A DNA stretch of 64,000 nucleotides from Eledone cirrhosa. Lineage: Eukaryota. Within the stretch, counting starts at the first letter, position 1; each line of letters opens with the position of its first letter. The position numbers and the translations under genes are program-made. The notes under the pieces were generated by a model. That model saw nothing but the letters and a program-made list of their open reading frames with translations. It made no database searches and was not told the DNA's origin. The stretch covers positions 218,054,001-218,118,000 of the forward strand of contig OZ024741.1 in the NCBI GenBank assembly GCA_964016885.1. The letters run 5' to 3'. Shown here piece by piece: positions 15,448-30,544 of the stretch.

Positions 15448-15727
15448 TGTTCTGTCATAGCTGAGAGAGAGAGAGGGAGAGAGAGCGAGATATGTTCTGT
15501 CATAGCTGAGAGAGAGAGAGAGAGAGATATGCTCTGTCATAGCTGAGAGAGAGAGAGGGAGAGAGAGAGAGAGAGATATGTTCTGTCATAGCTGAGAGAG
15601 AGAGAGGGAGAGAGAGAGAGATATGTTCTGTCATAGCTGAGAGAGAGAGAGGGAGAGAGAGAGAGAGATATGTTCTGTCATAGCTGAGAGAGAGAGAGGG
15701 AGAGAGAGAGAGATATGTTCTGTCATA

Positions 15728-15758
<31 letters not shown>

Positions 15759-16034
15759 TATGTTCTGTCATAGCTGAGAGAGAGAGAGGGAGAGAGAGCG
15801 AGATATGTTCTGTCATAGCTGAGAGAGAGAGAGAGAGAGATATGTTCTGTCATAGCTGAGAGAGAGAGAGGGAGAGAGAGAGAGAGAGATATGTTCTGTC
15901 ATAGCTGAGAGAGAGAGAGGGAGAGAGATAGAGATATGTTCTGTCATAGCTGAGAGAGAGAGAGGGAGAGAGAGAGAGATATGTTCTGTCATAGCTGAGA
16001 GAGAGAGAGAGAGAGAGAGATATGTTCTGTCATA

Positions 16035-16093
<59 letters not shown>

Positions 16094-16152
16094 TGTTCTG
16101 TCATAGCTGAGAGAGAGAGAGAGGGAGAGAGAGAGAGATATGTTCTGTCATA

Positions 16153-16183
<31 letters not shown>

Positions 16184-16197
16184 TATGTTCTGTCATA

Positions 16198-16236
<39 letters not shown>

Positions 16237-16252
16237 TGTTCTGTCATAGCTG

Positions 16253-16283
<31 letters not shown>

Positions 16284-16307
16284 GAGATATGTTCTGTCAT
16301 AGCTGAG
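11346..16307. repeat. Compound array: invariant core gatatgttctgtcatagctga separated by variable-length (GA)n
   Basis: Core recurs roughly every 30-80 bp throughout; spacers are pure GA with occasional ggga. Confidence 0.96.
11826..12025. other. Assembly gap (200 N)
   Basis: Run of n; round size suggests a scaffolding placeholder. Confidence 0.99.
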
Positions 16308-16397
16308 AGGATTTTAGTTTTCTTCGTGCAGAAAATTAAATAAATACAGACTTTTATCCTGAAGCAGACACATCTCTTTAGTACCTGCAGCGCTCTC

Positions 16398-17246
16398 TTA
16401 CACACACACATATATACACACACACACATACACACTTACCCGCACACATACATACAGACACACACACAGACACACACTCATATGCACACACAGATACATA
16501 TGTACATGCACACACACATACATACACACACACGGACACACACACACACACATACAGACGCATACAGACACACACAGAAACACACACAGAATCATATATA
16601 CATGCACACACACATATATATATATACATGCACACGGACATATGTATGTATACATGCATACATACATATGCAGAGACAGAGATACATATATACATGCACA
16701 TATATACGCACACACATTCACACACAAGCACAAATGAAGGCATACATACACACACACACACACACACACAGACACACACAATCACACTCTCACACACACA
16801 CCCTCACACACACATGCACACGTACACACACACATATGCACACGCACACACACATATACCGCCACATACGAACACAAACGAAGGCATCATACACAAACAT
16901 ACGAACCAACACGCACACACACACAAACACATAAAGATAGGCATGCACACACAGAAACACAGACACAGAATCAAACACACGCAGAAAGGCACATACGCAC
17001 ACACACACACATGCACACTTACACACACACATACCGACATACACGTACATACATGTACACGTACATACATGCACACGTACACACATGCACACATACACAC
17101 ATGCACACGTACACACACATACCTCCACACGTACACAAACATACCACCACACACACACATACCGCCACACACACATACCGCCACACACGTTATCACACAT
17201 ACCGCCACACACACACACACACATACCGCCACGCACGTACACACAC
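16398..17246. repeat. Degenerate (CA)n/(CATA)n low-complexity tract
   Basis: Composition. Confidence 0.9.
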
Positions 17247-17504
17247 TACCATTCTCAGTATTCAGGATGGTCGTAGTGTAAATATTTCTATAAGTGTTAG
17301 TCACAATAAAACTGTTGTTCTCTATGTTGTTAATCTATTTTAGACGGGAATACCCGCCCTCTTAGTAGGCGGGATCATATTTGCATATTTTTTACTTTAG
17401 GGGGCGGCGTCTTATTTGTATATCCTCTAGTAGAGTAGACAGATTTTCATTTACATAACTGCTTCCTTATGAGCAGGGAACTCATTTACGTTGTTGATAT
17501 TTAA

Positions 17505-17900
17505 ATAGGTGAGATCACATTTATATATTTTCTACGTAGGTGAGATCTCATTTACATATTTTCTACGTAGGTGGATCTCATTTACATATTATATACATAG
17601 GTGGCATCTCATTTACATATTTTCTACGTAGGTGAGATCTCATTTGCATATTTTCTCCGTAGGTGGGATCTCATTTACATATTTTCTACGTAGGGGGAGG
17701 GGGGTCTCAACTACATATTTTCAGAGTAGGTAGGACCTCATTTACATACTTTCTAAGTAGGCGGTATCTCATTTATATAGTTGGTCTCTAAGTAGGTGGA
17801 ACCTAATTTACATATTTGCTTCATATCTAGGCGGGATCTAATTTACATATCTTCTCTCTAAGTAGACGGAACCTAATTTACATAATTGCTTTCTAAGTAG
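17505..17900. repeat. Degenerate ~31-bp tandem repeat (gtaggtgagatctcatttacatattttctac)
   Basis: About 10 diverged copies; contains the palindrome tgagatctca. Confidence 0.8.
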
Positions 17901-17968
17901 GCCCGACCATGGCCTAGTGATTAGGGTGTTGGACTTACGATCATAAAGTCATAGGTTCGATTCCCGGT
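17900..17968 (+). mobile_element. tRNA-derived SINE head (truncated)
   Basis: A-box-like tggcctagtga at 17910 and B-box ggttcgattccc at 17954; no complete cloverleaf. Confidence 0.65.
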
Positions 17969-18047
17969 AGCAAGAGGCTTCATTTCACATTTTTTTCATC
18001 ATAGGATAGGGACCAACTAAACCTACATAAGGGCGAGCTGAAACAGC

Positions 18048-18108
<61 letters not shown>

Positions 18109-18160
18109 CCCCCCCACACAGACACACACACACACACACACATATACCCCCCCCACACGC

Positions 18161-18231
<71 letters not shown>

Positions 18232-18232
18232 C

Positions 18233-18370
18233 GTACGTTATTCCGGGTTGAGTCGGAGGTAACCACAGTAAGTAAGGTACTCAATACATAGCAGAGTATA
18301 AAAGTTTTAATATAGATGAGATTCTACAGGACTAGAACTGTTTCATTCTTTAGAATTTATCAGGAATCTG
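18233..18370 (-). mobile_element. PLE pseudo-LTR-like fragment (family A) with decayed hammerhead at 18319-18369
   Basis: Minus strand: agattc-ctgataa-attc taaa gaat-gaaacag ttctagtc ctgta-gaatct; homologous copies at 30721-30850, 58743-58868, 60353-60486. Confidence 0.7.
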
Positions 18371-18561
18371 GGTATCAAAAAATAAATATGGTATTTATAG
18401 GTCTCTTCAGGTGGTAGGAGAGGGTAGGGGGTGGGATGGGTAGAGGTCAATGGTTGATAGAAAAGGGAATTCATTAAATGCTAATTCTTTAAAGCTATAA
18501 TTTATATTTAGAGTAACAAAGGCAGAAATAATTCTATATATACATATATATATATATATAC

Positions 18562-18651
<90 letters not shown>

Positions 18652-18745
18652 CACCACCCCACTCTCAAGAGCGTGAAACTAATAAACCTTTGCTCGTACT
18701 GCCTCTCTGTTTTGTTCCCGTTCAATTTTTACTATATATATATAT

Positions 18746-18800
<55 letters not shown>

Positions 18801-18817
18801 TACATATATATATATAT

Positions 18818-18902
<85 letters not shown>

Positions 18903-19153
18903 TACATATACACATATATATACACACATATAGATACACATACACACACATACACACACATATATATATATATATATACAAATAAGTACTCATAAATATA
19001 CGCATATACACAGGCACATAAAAACAGCTCTACAGGCAGAAAATGCAGATAAGTAAGAGGTACTCACATAACCATAGTCGCCGTATTTCAGGTTGAGGAG
19101 GGGTGGGGGTGGGGTGGGAAGGCGGTAGAGGGGCTAAAAGAGGGAAGTCGTTT

Positions 19154-19470
19154 TTAGCCATCGGGCATTAACACTGGCTTAAGGTATTTGAAAGTTGCAA
19201 AGTTCTTGTGCATGTAGTTCGGGCAGTGTTCAGAGAGTTTGTTCAGTAGCGCGCCCTTGGCGAATAAAATTTCATAGCTCTCTGAGATACAAAGGTCGCA
19301 GCACTTGTGTCCTCCGTTGTAAGAGCGCGCTTCTGGAGTATTTTCCATTTAAGCGTGAAGGGGGTGGAGTTCCTTTTGAGGTCCCAAACATAGGAGGCGA
19401 GTGTTGTCTGGTTTGATTTGTCCGGTCTTCTGAAGGAGTGGGTATGGGCATACCATCGGGTCTTAAAGTT
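19154..19470 (-). pseudogene. Naiad-type Penelope-like element, GIY-YIG endonuclease C-terminal fragment (1 frameshift)
   Basis: My translation: NFKTRWYAHTHSFRR..TTLASYVWDLK..LKWKILQK/ARSYNGGHKCCDLCISESYEIL..LLNKLSEHCPNYMHKNF; matches the FK.R...H..SF / W.LK / C.LC..E / LLNK.SE pattern. Confidence 0.8.
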
Positions 19471-19477
19471 ATTATAT

Positions 19478-20505
<1,028 letters not shown>

Positions 20506-20859
20506 AGAGAGAGCGAATTACAGAAATATTACTAAAAACACCATAATCCAGATGAGTGGGAATAGCTTTTATTGCGTAACACTTACACGTGTTTCATCGT
20601 ATGCATTATATATAAGTTTTGGAGCGCTGATTTTTGATTATTAATTCGCATCCAGCTACTTAGATATATATTTCAAAGAAGAAGAAGAAGAAGAAGAAGA
20701 AGAAGAAGAAGAAGAAGAAGAAGAAGAAGAAGAAGAAGAATTTTGGTTCTCGTTTTGCTAGAAGTTAGAATGTAGAAGAAAGCTCGTGAAATCAGACCGA
20801 GGAAACAATGTTTCCATTGGTCTTTCCAATTGCTAATACTATCTACCGTTCGCAAATCC

Positions 20860-20982
20860 AGGCAGAAGGAGCAACGTGAAATAAAGTGTCTTGCTCAAGG
20901 ACATAATGCATCTCCCGGTCCGGGAAAAAAACTTCCTCACGATTGCGAATCCAATTCTCTAACCATTCAGCCACACACGCCT
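20860..20982 (-). mobile_element. tRNA-derived SINE
   Basis: Minus strand: gtggctgaatggttag head followed by tccttgagcaagacactttatttcacgttgctcc body; related copy at 54180-54485. Confidence 0.7.
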
Positions 20983-21053
20983 TCACTCTATACATGTATG
21001 TATGTATGTATGTATGTATGTATGTATGTATGTATGTATGTATGTATGTATGT

Positions 21054-21646
21054 CCTGTCTCATGGTCGGGTCGTTGGCGACTAAACTGGCAACCCCACCA
21101 AGGTTTCTTGGTGAGGAGGGTGACTTTGGACATCCTGCAGGACTAAAAACAAAACCTGTCAAAGGCCAAAGGAGCTCTTAAGAGTCAATGGCCATCCAAA
21201 ATCACCGGGAGAGATGACCCCTTTAGCCTTAGTCAAGGCAGAATTCTAGGAGAAGGAAAACTCTGATATAACACCTGCAACCCTGATGGTATCCAATGAT
21301 GTTGACTTGTTCTTCTTTTTGGTAAATAGCATCTTGGTTAAGAGAGTGGGACTGGCTTTGTGCAGTGCCTTTGCTCACTATAAAAGCTTCACGGCACAGG
21401 CATTGCTTTATATCTGGAGATCTCTCTGCACTTGTCCTCACATGGGCCCAGCACTATGTGTCAATAATTGTCCTACCATGGGCCTAGCACTATGTGTCAA
21501 TGATTGTCACAGGTGTAGTGTTTGTACCAGAGGTTTCAAGTCGCTGGCTGGACTAAAAAGTCACACTCGTTCAGCGCTTCGGTAGGGGTTATCCTACATG
21601 GATGTAAAGTAGTGGCCGTACTCGAAAACGAGTTGGCAGCCACCAT
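21054..21646 (+). mobile_element. Non-autonomous RTE-derived retroelement, copy 1
   Basis: Near-identical to the other copies; 3' end encodes a C2H2 remnant ([17 protein letters not shown]); ctcg-aaaa-cgag stem-loop; (tatg)n tail. Confidence 0.85.
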
Positions 21647-21658
21647 GTATGTATGTAT

Positions 21659-22261
21659 GGTCACCAGTTGGTGCTACTGGTAACATGTATCCCAGTACAA
21701 ACTGTCTCATGGTCGGGTCGTTGGCGACTAAACTGGCAACCCCACCAAGGTTTCTTGGTGAGGAGGGTGACTTTGGACATTCTGCAGGACTAAAAACAAA
21801 ACCTGTCAAAGAGCAAAGGAGCTCTTAAGAGTCAATGGCCATCCAAAATCACCGGGAGAGATGACCCCTTAGCCTTTGTCAAGGCAGAATTCTTGGAGAA
21901 GGAAAACTCTGATATAACACCTGCAACCCTGATGGTATCCAATGATGTTGACTTGTTTTTCTTTTTGGTAAATATCATCTTGGTTAAGAGAGTGGGACTG
22001 GCTTTGTGCAGTGCCTTTGCTCACTATAAAAGCTTCACGGCACAGGCATTGCTTTATATCTGGAGATCTCTCTGCACTTGTCACATGGTACCATGGGCCC
22101 AGCACTATGTGTCAATAATTGTCACAAGTGTAGTGTTTGTACCAGAGTTTTCAAGTCGCTGGCTGGACTAAAAAGTCACACTCGTTCAGCGCATCGGTAG
22201 GGGTTCTCCTACATGGATATAAAGTAGTGGCCGTACTCGAAAACGAGTTGGCAGCCCCCAT
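21659..22261 (+). mobile_element. Non-autonomous RTE-derived retroelement, copy 2 (directly after the tail of copy 1)
   Basis: Sequence identity with the family. Confidence 0.85.
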
Positions 22262-22266
22262 GTATG

Positions 22267-22344
<78 letters not shown>

Positions 22345-22583
22345 TGTGTGTGTGTGTGTATGTGTGTGTGTATGTATATATATAAAGATGTGCGTGTATT
22401 TGTATGTATATATATATATATGTGTATATATATCCACACATATGCGCACACACACACATACACACACACACATCCCCCCCACCCCCACATACACAGACAC
22501 ATTCATGTTTAAATATACCAATACAACATCAGTATATCTTATGAGTGGCAACATCACGAACTCTACAACAACATCCCTTACAC

Positions 22584-22584
<1 letters not shown>

Positions 22585-22627
<43 letters not shown>

Positions 22628-23570
22628 CCACCACCACCACCACTACACCACCACTAACACCACCACACCACCACTACACCACCACCACTACACCACCACC
22701 ACCATACTACCACTACCACCACCACCACCACCACCACCATCACCACCACCAACATCACAACTACCACCACCACCAACACAACCACCACACCACCATTACC
22801 ACCACTACCACCACCACCAACATCACAACTACCACCACCACCAACACAACCACCACACCACCATTACCACCACTACCACCACCACCACCACCATAACCAA
22901 CATCACAACTACCACCACCACCACCATCACCACCACCACCACCACCACCACTACCACCACCACCAACACACCACCACACCACCACTACCACCACAACCAC
23001 CACCACCACCACCGCCACCACCACCACCACCAACATCACAACTACCACCACCACCACTACACCACCACTACACCACCACCACTACACCACCACCACCATA
23101 CTACCACTACCACCACCACCACCACCATCACCACCACCAACATCACAACTACCACCACCACCAACACAACCACCACACCACCATTACCACCACTACCACC
23201 ACCACCAACATCACAACTACCACCACCACCAACACAACCACCACACCACCATTACCACCACTACCACCACCACCACCACCACCATAACCAACATCACAAC
23301 TACCACCACCACCACCATCACCACCACCACCACTACCACCACTACCACCACCACCAACACACCACCACACCACCACTACCACCACAACCACCACCACCAC
23401 CACCGCCACCACCACCACCACCAACATCACAACTACCACCATCACCACACCACCACCACCACTAACACCACCACCACCACCACCACTAACACCACGACCA
23501 CCACGACATCACCACCACGACCACCACCACCACCATCACCACACCACCACCACCACCACCCTCACCCCAG
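22585..23570. repeat. (CAG)n followed by cryptic (ACC)n tract with internal duplications
   Basis: Composition. Confidence 0.9.
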
Positions 23571-23652
23571 TTCTAAAAGAATGTTCCAGAAGAGATCCAC
23601 ACACCTTAATTAACATGACATGTTTATATATGGTACCAATCCATTACCAACA

Positions 23653-24028
23653 CTCCTCTTCCTCCTCTTCCTCGTCCACCACCTCCTCCACCTCCTCCTC
23701 CTCGTCAACCTCCTCCTCCTCGTCAACCTCCTCCTCCTCCCCCCCTCCTCCTCCTCCTCCCCTCTCCTCCTCCTCCTCCTCCTCGTCCACCACCTCCTCC
23801 AGCTTCTCTCCTTTTTCATCATCTTCTACATTCTTCTACTTGCTTGCTTGTCGTTGTCGTTGTCGTCGTTCTTCTTCTTCTTCTTCTTCTTCTTCTTCTT
23901 CTTCTTCTCTCTTCTTCTTCTTCTTCTTCTTCTTCTTCTTCTTCTTCTTCTTCTTCTTCTTCTTCTTCTTCTTCTTCTTCTTCTTCTTCTTCTTCTTCGT
24001 CGTCGTCGTCGTCGTCGTCTTCTTCTTC
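23653..24028. repeat. (CCT)n, (TTC)n and (GTC)n microsatellites
   Basis: Composition. Confidence 0.9.
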
Positions 24029-24094
24029 AGAAATCATGTCAACTGCAACAATATACTTGCACCCAGTAATTACAACACGGATTCTTTCAACTAA

Positions 24095-25508
24095 CAACCA
24101 TCCAACCATCCAACCCTCCAACCAGCCCACCATCCTACCATGCAACCATCCAACCATCCAACCAGCCCATCATCCCACCATACTACCATTCAACCATCCA
24201 ACCATCCAACCCTCCAACCAGCCCATAATCCTACCATACTACCATCCAACCATCCAACCCTCCAACCAGCCCATCATCCTACCATACCACCATCCAACCA
24301 GCCTACCATCCCACCATACTACCATTCAATCATCCAACCCTCCAGCCCACCAGCCAGCCCACCATCCTACCATGCCACCATCCATCCAACCCACCATCCG
24401 GCCATCCGGCCATCCTACCATCCAACCAACCCACCAACCCACCATCCCACCATCCTACTATCGTACCATTCTACCGTCCAACCATCCAACCACCCAGCCA
24501 TCCAACCAGCCAACCATCCCACCACTCTACCATCCTACCATCCAACCAAGGAAACAGTCAACCAGCCATCCCACCATCCTACCATCCTACCATCCAACAT
24601 CCAACCAACCTACCATCCAACCATCCAACCAACCCACCATCCCACCATTCTACCATCCTACCATCTAACCAAGGAAACAGTCAACCAGCCATCCCATCAT
24701 TCTACCATCCAACCATCCAACCAACCCACCATCCCACCATCCTACCATCCTACCATCCAACCAAGGAAACAGTCAACCAGCCATCCCATCATTCTACCAT
24801 CCAACCATCCAACCAACCCACCATCCCACCACTCTACCATCCTACCATCCAACCAAGGAAACAGTCAACCAGCCATCCCACCACCCTACCAACCTACCAT
24901 CCAACCATCCAACCAACCTACTATCCCACCATCCTACCATACTACCATCCAACCAAGGAAACAGTCAACCAGCCATCCCACCATCCTACCAACCTACCAT
25001 CCACCATCCACCATCCAACCAACCCACCATCCCACCATCCTACCATTCTACCATCCAACCAAGGAAACAGTCAGCCAGCCATCCCACTATCCTATCACCC
25101 TACCATCCAACCACCCCACCACCCCACCATCCCACCATCCTACCAACCTACCAGCCAACCATCCAACCAACCCGCCATCCCACCATACTACCATTCTACC
25201 ATCCAACCAAGGAAACAGTCAACCAGCCATTCCACCATCCAACCATGCTACATTCCAACCATCCAACCATTCTACCATCCCACCATCCTACCATCTTACC
25301 ATCCAACCATCCAACCAACCCACCATCCCACCATCCCACCATCCTACCATCCAACCAAGGAAACAGTCAACCAGCCATATCACCATTCTACCATCCAACC
25401 ATCCAACCATCCAACCAGCCCACTATCCCACCATCCAACCAGCCCACCATCCCACCATCCAATCAACAAACCATCCTACCATCCAACCATCTAACCATCT
25501 AACCATCC
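24095..25508. repeat. Cryptic (CCAT/CCAA)n satellite with recurring aaccaaggaaacagtcaaccagcc unit
   Basis: Unit recurs about 8 times between 24545 and 25375. Confidence 0.85.
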
Positions 25509-26115
25509 AGACTGCCTGTGAATGTGTGTATGTATGGGTGTGGATATATGTGTGTGTAAGTGCACACGAGCAGATGTGCATGTGGTATTTGTGTGTTCGT
25601 GTTTGTGAGTGTGTATGTTTGCATGTTTGCACATGCATGTGTTTGTGAACGTGTGCATGTGCGTACATGTAAGTGTGTATGCATGTGAGGTGTATACGTC
25701 CATCTCTACTTGTACATGTACGTGTGTGTACGTGTGAACATGTGTGTGATTCTGCATGTGTGCTAGTGCATACGTGTATGTGTAGACATGTACGTGTGTG
25801 GATGTATGAGTGTGCAAGCGTGCATATGTATTTGTACAAGTACGTGTGTGTATGTACAAGCATGTGTGTGCATGTATGTGTACGTGTATGTATGTATCTA
25901 CGTCTGTCTGTATGTACATACATGTATCTATGTATGTGTGTGAATGTATGTATATGTGCGTATGTGTGCATGTGAGTATGTTTATGCGTGCGTATGTACG
26001 TGTGCATGTATGTATGTATGTATGTACGTATGTGTGCGTATATATATCTATATATATATATATATACGCACACATACATACATACATACATACATACATA
26101 CATACATACATACAT

Positions 26116-26182
<67 letters not shown>

Positions 26183-26242
26183 AATGTGTGTGTGTCTATG
26201 TATGTATATATATATGTATGTATGTGTGTATGTATATACACA

Positions 26243-26798
26243 CATGGTCGGGTCGTTGGCGACTAAACTGGCAACCCCACCAAGGTTTCTTGGTGAGGAG
26301 GGTGACTTTGGACATCCTGCAGGACTAAAAACAAAACCTGTCAAAAGGGCAAAAGAGCTCTTAAGAGTCAATGGCCATCCAAAATCACCGGGAGAGATGA
26401 CCCCTTAGCCTTTGTCAAGGCAGAATTCTAGGAGAAGGAAAACTCTGATATAACACCTGCAACCCTGATGGTATCCAATGATGTTGACTTGTTCTTCTTT
26501 TTGGTAAATATCATCTTGGTTAAGAGAGTGGGACTGGCTTTGTGCAGTGCCTTTGCTCACTATAAAAGCTTCACGGCACAGGCATTGCTTTATATCTGGA
26601 GATCTCTCTGCACTTGTCGTCACATGGTACCATGGGCCCAGCACTATGTGTCAATAATTGTCACAAGTGTAGTGTTTGTACCAGAGTTTAAGTCGCTGGC
26701 TGGACTGAAAAGTCACACTCGTTCAGCCCATCGGTAGGGGTTCTCCTACATGGATATAAAGTAGTGGCCGTACTCGAAAACGAGTTGGCAGCCACCAT
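26243..26798 (+). mobile_element. Non-autonomous RTE-derived retroelement, copy 3 (5' truncated)
   Basis: Sequence identity with the family. Confidence 0.85.
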
Positions 26799-26822
26799 AT
26801 ACATACATACATACATATATAC

Positions 26823-27534
26823 TTTTATGGAGAGTTGGTTAAAGGAAAACGACCCCCACATAAACCAAAAAAGAGGTATAAGGATTCCTTGAAAGCCTCT
26901 CTGAGAGACGCTAACATCTCTGCTGATACATGGGAAAATGTTGCTGCTGATCGTAATAAATGGAGAAAGACTGTATATGGGGGAAAAGTTGCCTTTGAGG
27001 CATTTCGATTCGCATACGAGAAAGTAAAGCGGGATGTGAGGAAGGGCATTGCTGTTGCACTTCCAGACGGCGAGGGTCCTCCTATGGTGCTGACATGCAG
27101 CGTCTGTGCGAAACTCTGCCTAAGCAAAGCTGGACTCGAAAGTCATCTTCGCAGTCATAAAGTAAGACCAGTGGTTGACTACCAGGCTGCTGTTGGAGAT
27201 GCTACTCATCATGCTTGCCAAACATGTGGTAGAGAATGTAAATCAGCAGGAGGGCTCAAGCGACATGCAAAAGTACACGAACTCCAACCACAGCCGACTA
27301 TTCCCAGTAAATGTTTTGGTTGCCGACTCTGTGCAAGACATTTTAGATCATTGGCTGGGCTAAAAAGCCACGTTCGATCGCAGCGCTGTTAGTTGCTATC
27401 GTGTGTTTGTGTGTGTATAGATTTGTTTATGTGTGTGCGTGTATGTGTATATATATATGTATATGTATATTATTATTGTTGTTGTCGTTATTATTATTGT
27501 TGTTATTATTATTATTATTATTGTTATTAATGTA

Positions 27535-27567
<33 letters not shown>

Positions 27568-27700
27568 ATGTGTGTATATATATACATACATATATATATA
27601 TATATTTTATTTTTTTTTAATTTTATTTTTTATTTATTTATTAATTTTTTTTTCTCCTCGTGCAATGGCCATACTCGATAACGAGGGGGCAGTCATCATG
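26823..27700 (+). mobile_element. RTE-clade (BovB-like) LINE 3' fragment: ORF C-terminus with three C2H2 zinc fingers, plus 3' UTR
   Basis: FYGELVKGKR..KKRYKDSLKASL..WENVAADRNKWR is typical of the RTE C-terminus; CSVC..H..H, CQTC..H..H, CRLC..H; 3' end tggccatactcgataacgagggggcagtcatcat. Confidence 0.85.
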
Positions 27701-27865
27701 TATATATATATGTATGTGTGTGTGTGTGTGTGTGTATGAGTATGTTTTTGTGTGTATGTATGTATGTATCTATATATGTATGTATATATGTATGTATATA
27801 TATATATGTATGTGTGTGTGTGTGTGTATGTATGTATGTGTGTATATATGTATGTATGTATATAT

Positions 27866-28600
27866 GTCAGGTCACCACTTGGTGCTACTGGTAACATGTA
27901 TCCCAGTACAACCTGTCTCATGGTCGGGTCGTTGGCGACTAAACTGGCAACCCCACCAAGGTTTCTTGGTGAGGAGGGTGACTTTGGGCATCCTGCAGGA
28001 CTAAAAACAAAACCTGTCAAAGGGCAAACAGCTCTTAAGAGTCAATGGCCATCCAGAATCACCGGGAGAGATGACCCCTTAGCCTTTGTCAAGGCAGAAT
28101 TCTAGGAGAAGGAAAACTCTGATATAACACCTGCAACCCTGATGGTATCCAATGATGTTGACTTGTTCTTCTTTTTGGTAAATATCATCTTGGTTAAGAG
28201 AGTGGGACTGGCTTTGTGCAGTGCCTTTGCTCACTATAAAAGCTTCACGGCACAGGCATTGCTTTATATCTGGAGATCTCTCTGCACTTGTCGTCACATG
28301 GTACCATGGGCCCAACACTATGTGTCAATATATGTGTGTATATGTATGTATATGTATGTATATGTATATGTATGTGTATATGTATGTGTATGTGTGTATA
28401 TATGTATATATGTATGTGTATGTATATGTGTATGTATGTATGTATGTGTATGTATATGTATATATATATGTGTATGTATATGTATATATATATGTATATA
28501 TATGTGTGTATGTGTGTGTATATGTATATGTATGTATATATATGTGTATGTGTATGTATGTGTATATGTGTGTGTGTGTATATGTATATATGTGTATGTG

Positions 28601-28631
<31 letters not shown>

Positions 28632-28768
28632 GTGTGTATGTATGTATATGTATATGTGTATGTATATGTATGTATGTATGTATATGTATATGTGTGTGTA
28701 TGTATGTGTATATATGTGTGTATGTATATGTATATGTATATCTATATATATGTATATGTATATGTATG

Positions 28769-28799
<31 letters not shown>

Positions 28800-29344
28800 G
28801 TATGTATATGTATATGTATGTGTGTATATATGTATGTATGTGTATATGTATATGTATATATGTGTGTATATGTATGTATGTATATGTATATGTATATATA
28901 TGTATGTATATGTATATGTGTGTGTATGTATATATATGTATATGTGTATGTATGTGTATGTATATGTGTATATGTATATATGTATGTATGTGTATATATG
29001 TATATATGTATGTATATGTATATGTGTGTATATGTATATGTATATATATATATATGTGTATGTATGTATGTATGTGTGTATGTATATATATGTATATGTG
29101 TGTGTATGTATATATATGTGTGTATATGTATATATATATGTATGTATGTATGTATATATGTGTGTATATATGTATGTATATGTATATATGTATATATATG
29201 TGATTGTCACAAGTGTAGTGTTTGTACCAGAGTTTTCAAGTCGCTGGCTGGACTAAAAAGTCAGTCATTCAGCGCATCGGTAGAGGTTCTCCTACATGGA
29301 TATGAAGTAGTGGCCGTACTCGAAAACGAGTTGGCAGCCACCAT
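27866..29344 (+). mobile_element. Non-autonomous RTE-derived retroelement, copy 4, split by ~870 bp of TATG/TATA microsatellite (28331-29202)
   Basis: The two halves are colinear with the family consensus. Confidence 0.85.
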
Positions 29345-29465
29345 GTATATACGTATGAATGTATATATCTATGTATGTATGTATATATGTATGTATGTGT
29401 GTATATAAATATGTATATGTGTGTGTCTATGTATGCATGTATGTATATATGTATGTGTATATATG

Positions 29466-29538
<73 letters not shown>

Positions 29539-29799
29539 ATGTATGTGATTTGTCTGGTGTAGAACCAGTCAAAGAATACCGTTTGTTCGTGTTATGGCAT
29601 TAAACATGAAATTGTCAAGACACGAACTTCTCGAATCTTCTCTGGATTCTGCTGCTGCTGCTACTGCTGCTGTTGTTGTTGTTGTTGTTGTTGTTGATGG
29701 TATGGTTTTCACTTTTTATTTTTGGGTTTCTTTACCATTGTCTTATTCCGATGGATTCACGAGGCTAATTTATATACGTATATATATATATATATATAT

Positions 29800-29913
<114 letters not shown>

Positions 29914-30172
29914 GTATATATACATATATATACATATATATAGACTTAGACACATATATGCGAACGTAGTTTGTATATATGTGTGCATGTTCTGTGTATG
30001 TATATGTGTATATGTGCGTGTGTGTGTGTATGTGTATTTAAGGTATTGGATATCTGTTAACCATTTTAATGTTCAGTTGGCATTCTTTGCGTTCTTCGTT
30101 AGAGTAGCCAGGAATAATGAGACTGCTTATTATCATATACTTTACCATAAACTATGTGTATATACTCATATA

Positions 30173-30209
<37 letters not shown>

Positions 30210-30220
30210 TATATATATAA

Positions 30221-30301
<81 letters not shown>

Positions 30302-30544
30302 TATATGCTTTATCTTTATCATTTATTTTATTTTGTTTTGACCTGTTTAGCTTGATTTGCTTTTTGGCTTAGGTGGTTGACGCTTTCTTGACCACTATTT
30401 CAGTTTTGTATGGCCTCTTAACATATTGTTTAGCTCTAGTTTTTTAACTATCGAGCGCTTGCCAGTATTATACCTGGTTTTTCCGTTTCGTTTCGCCTTT
30501 TCTACCCGCTGAAATGCGATTCTCGCTGAACCTCTCTCTATATA

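Noticed and set aside
11346-16307. CRISPR array
   Set aside because: Spacers are only (GA)n, there are no cas genes, and the context is eukaryotic
10328-17343. Many ORFs (CVCNSVDV, SLSLS, ERERE, HTHT)
   Set aside because: Translations of mini- and microsatellites, open in several frames on both strands; some span the N gap
17900-17968. tRNA gene
   Set aside because: A and B boxes present but no acceptor stem or cloverleaf; fits a SINE head
18660-18732. Short repeat (also at 45258-45328) containing gaaacta as a hammerhead
   Set aside because: At most a 3' half; no core visible in either copy
22545-25648. PolyQ/His/Pro/Thr or mucin-like proteins
   Set aside because: Simple trinucleotide and tetranucleotide repeats; no splice or domain evidence
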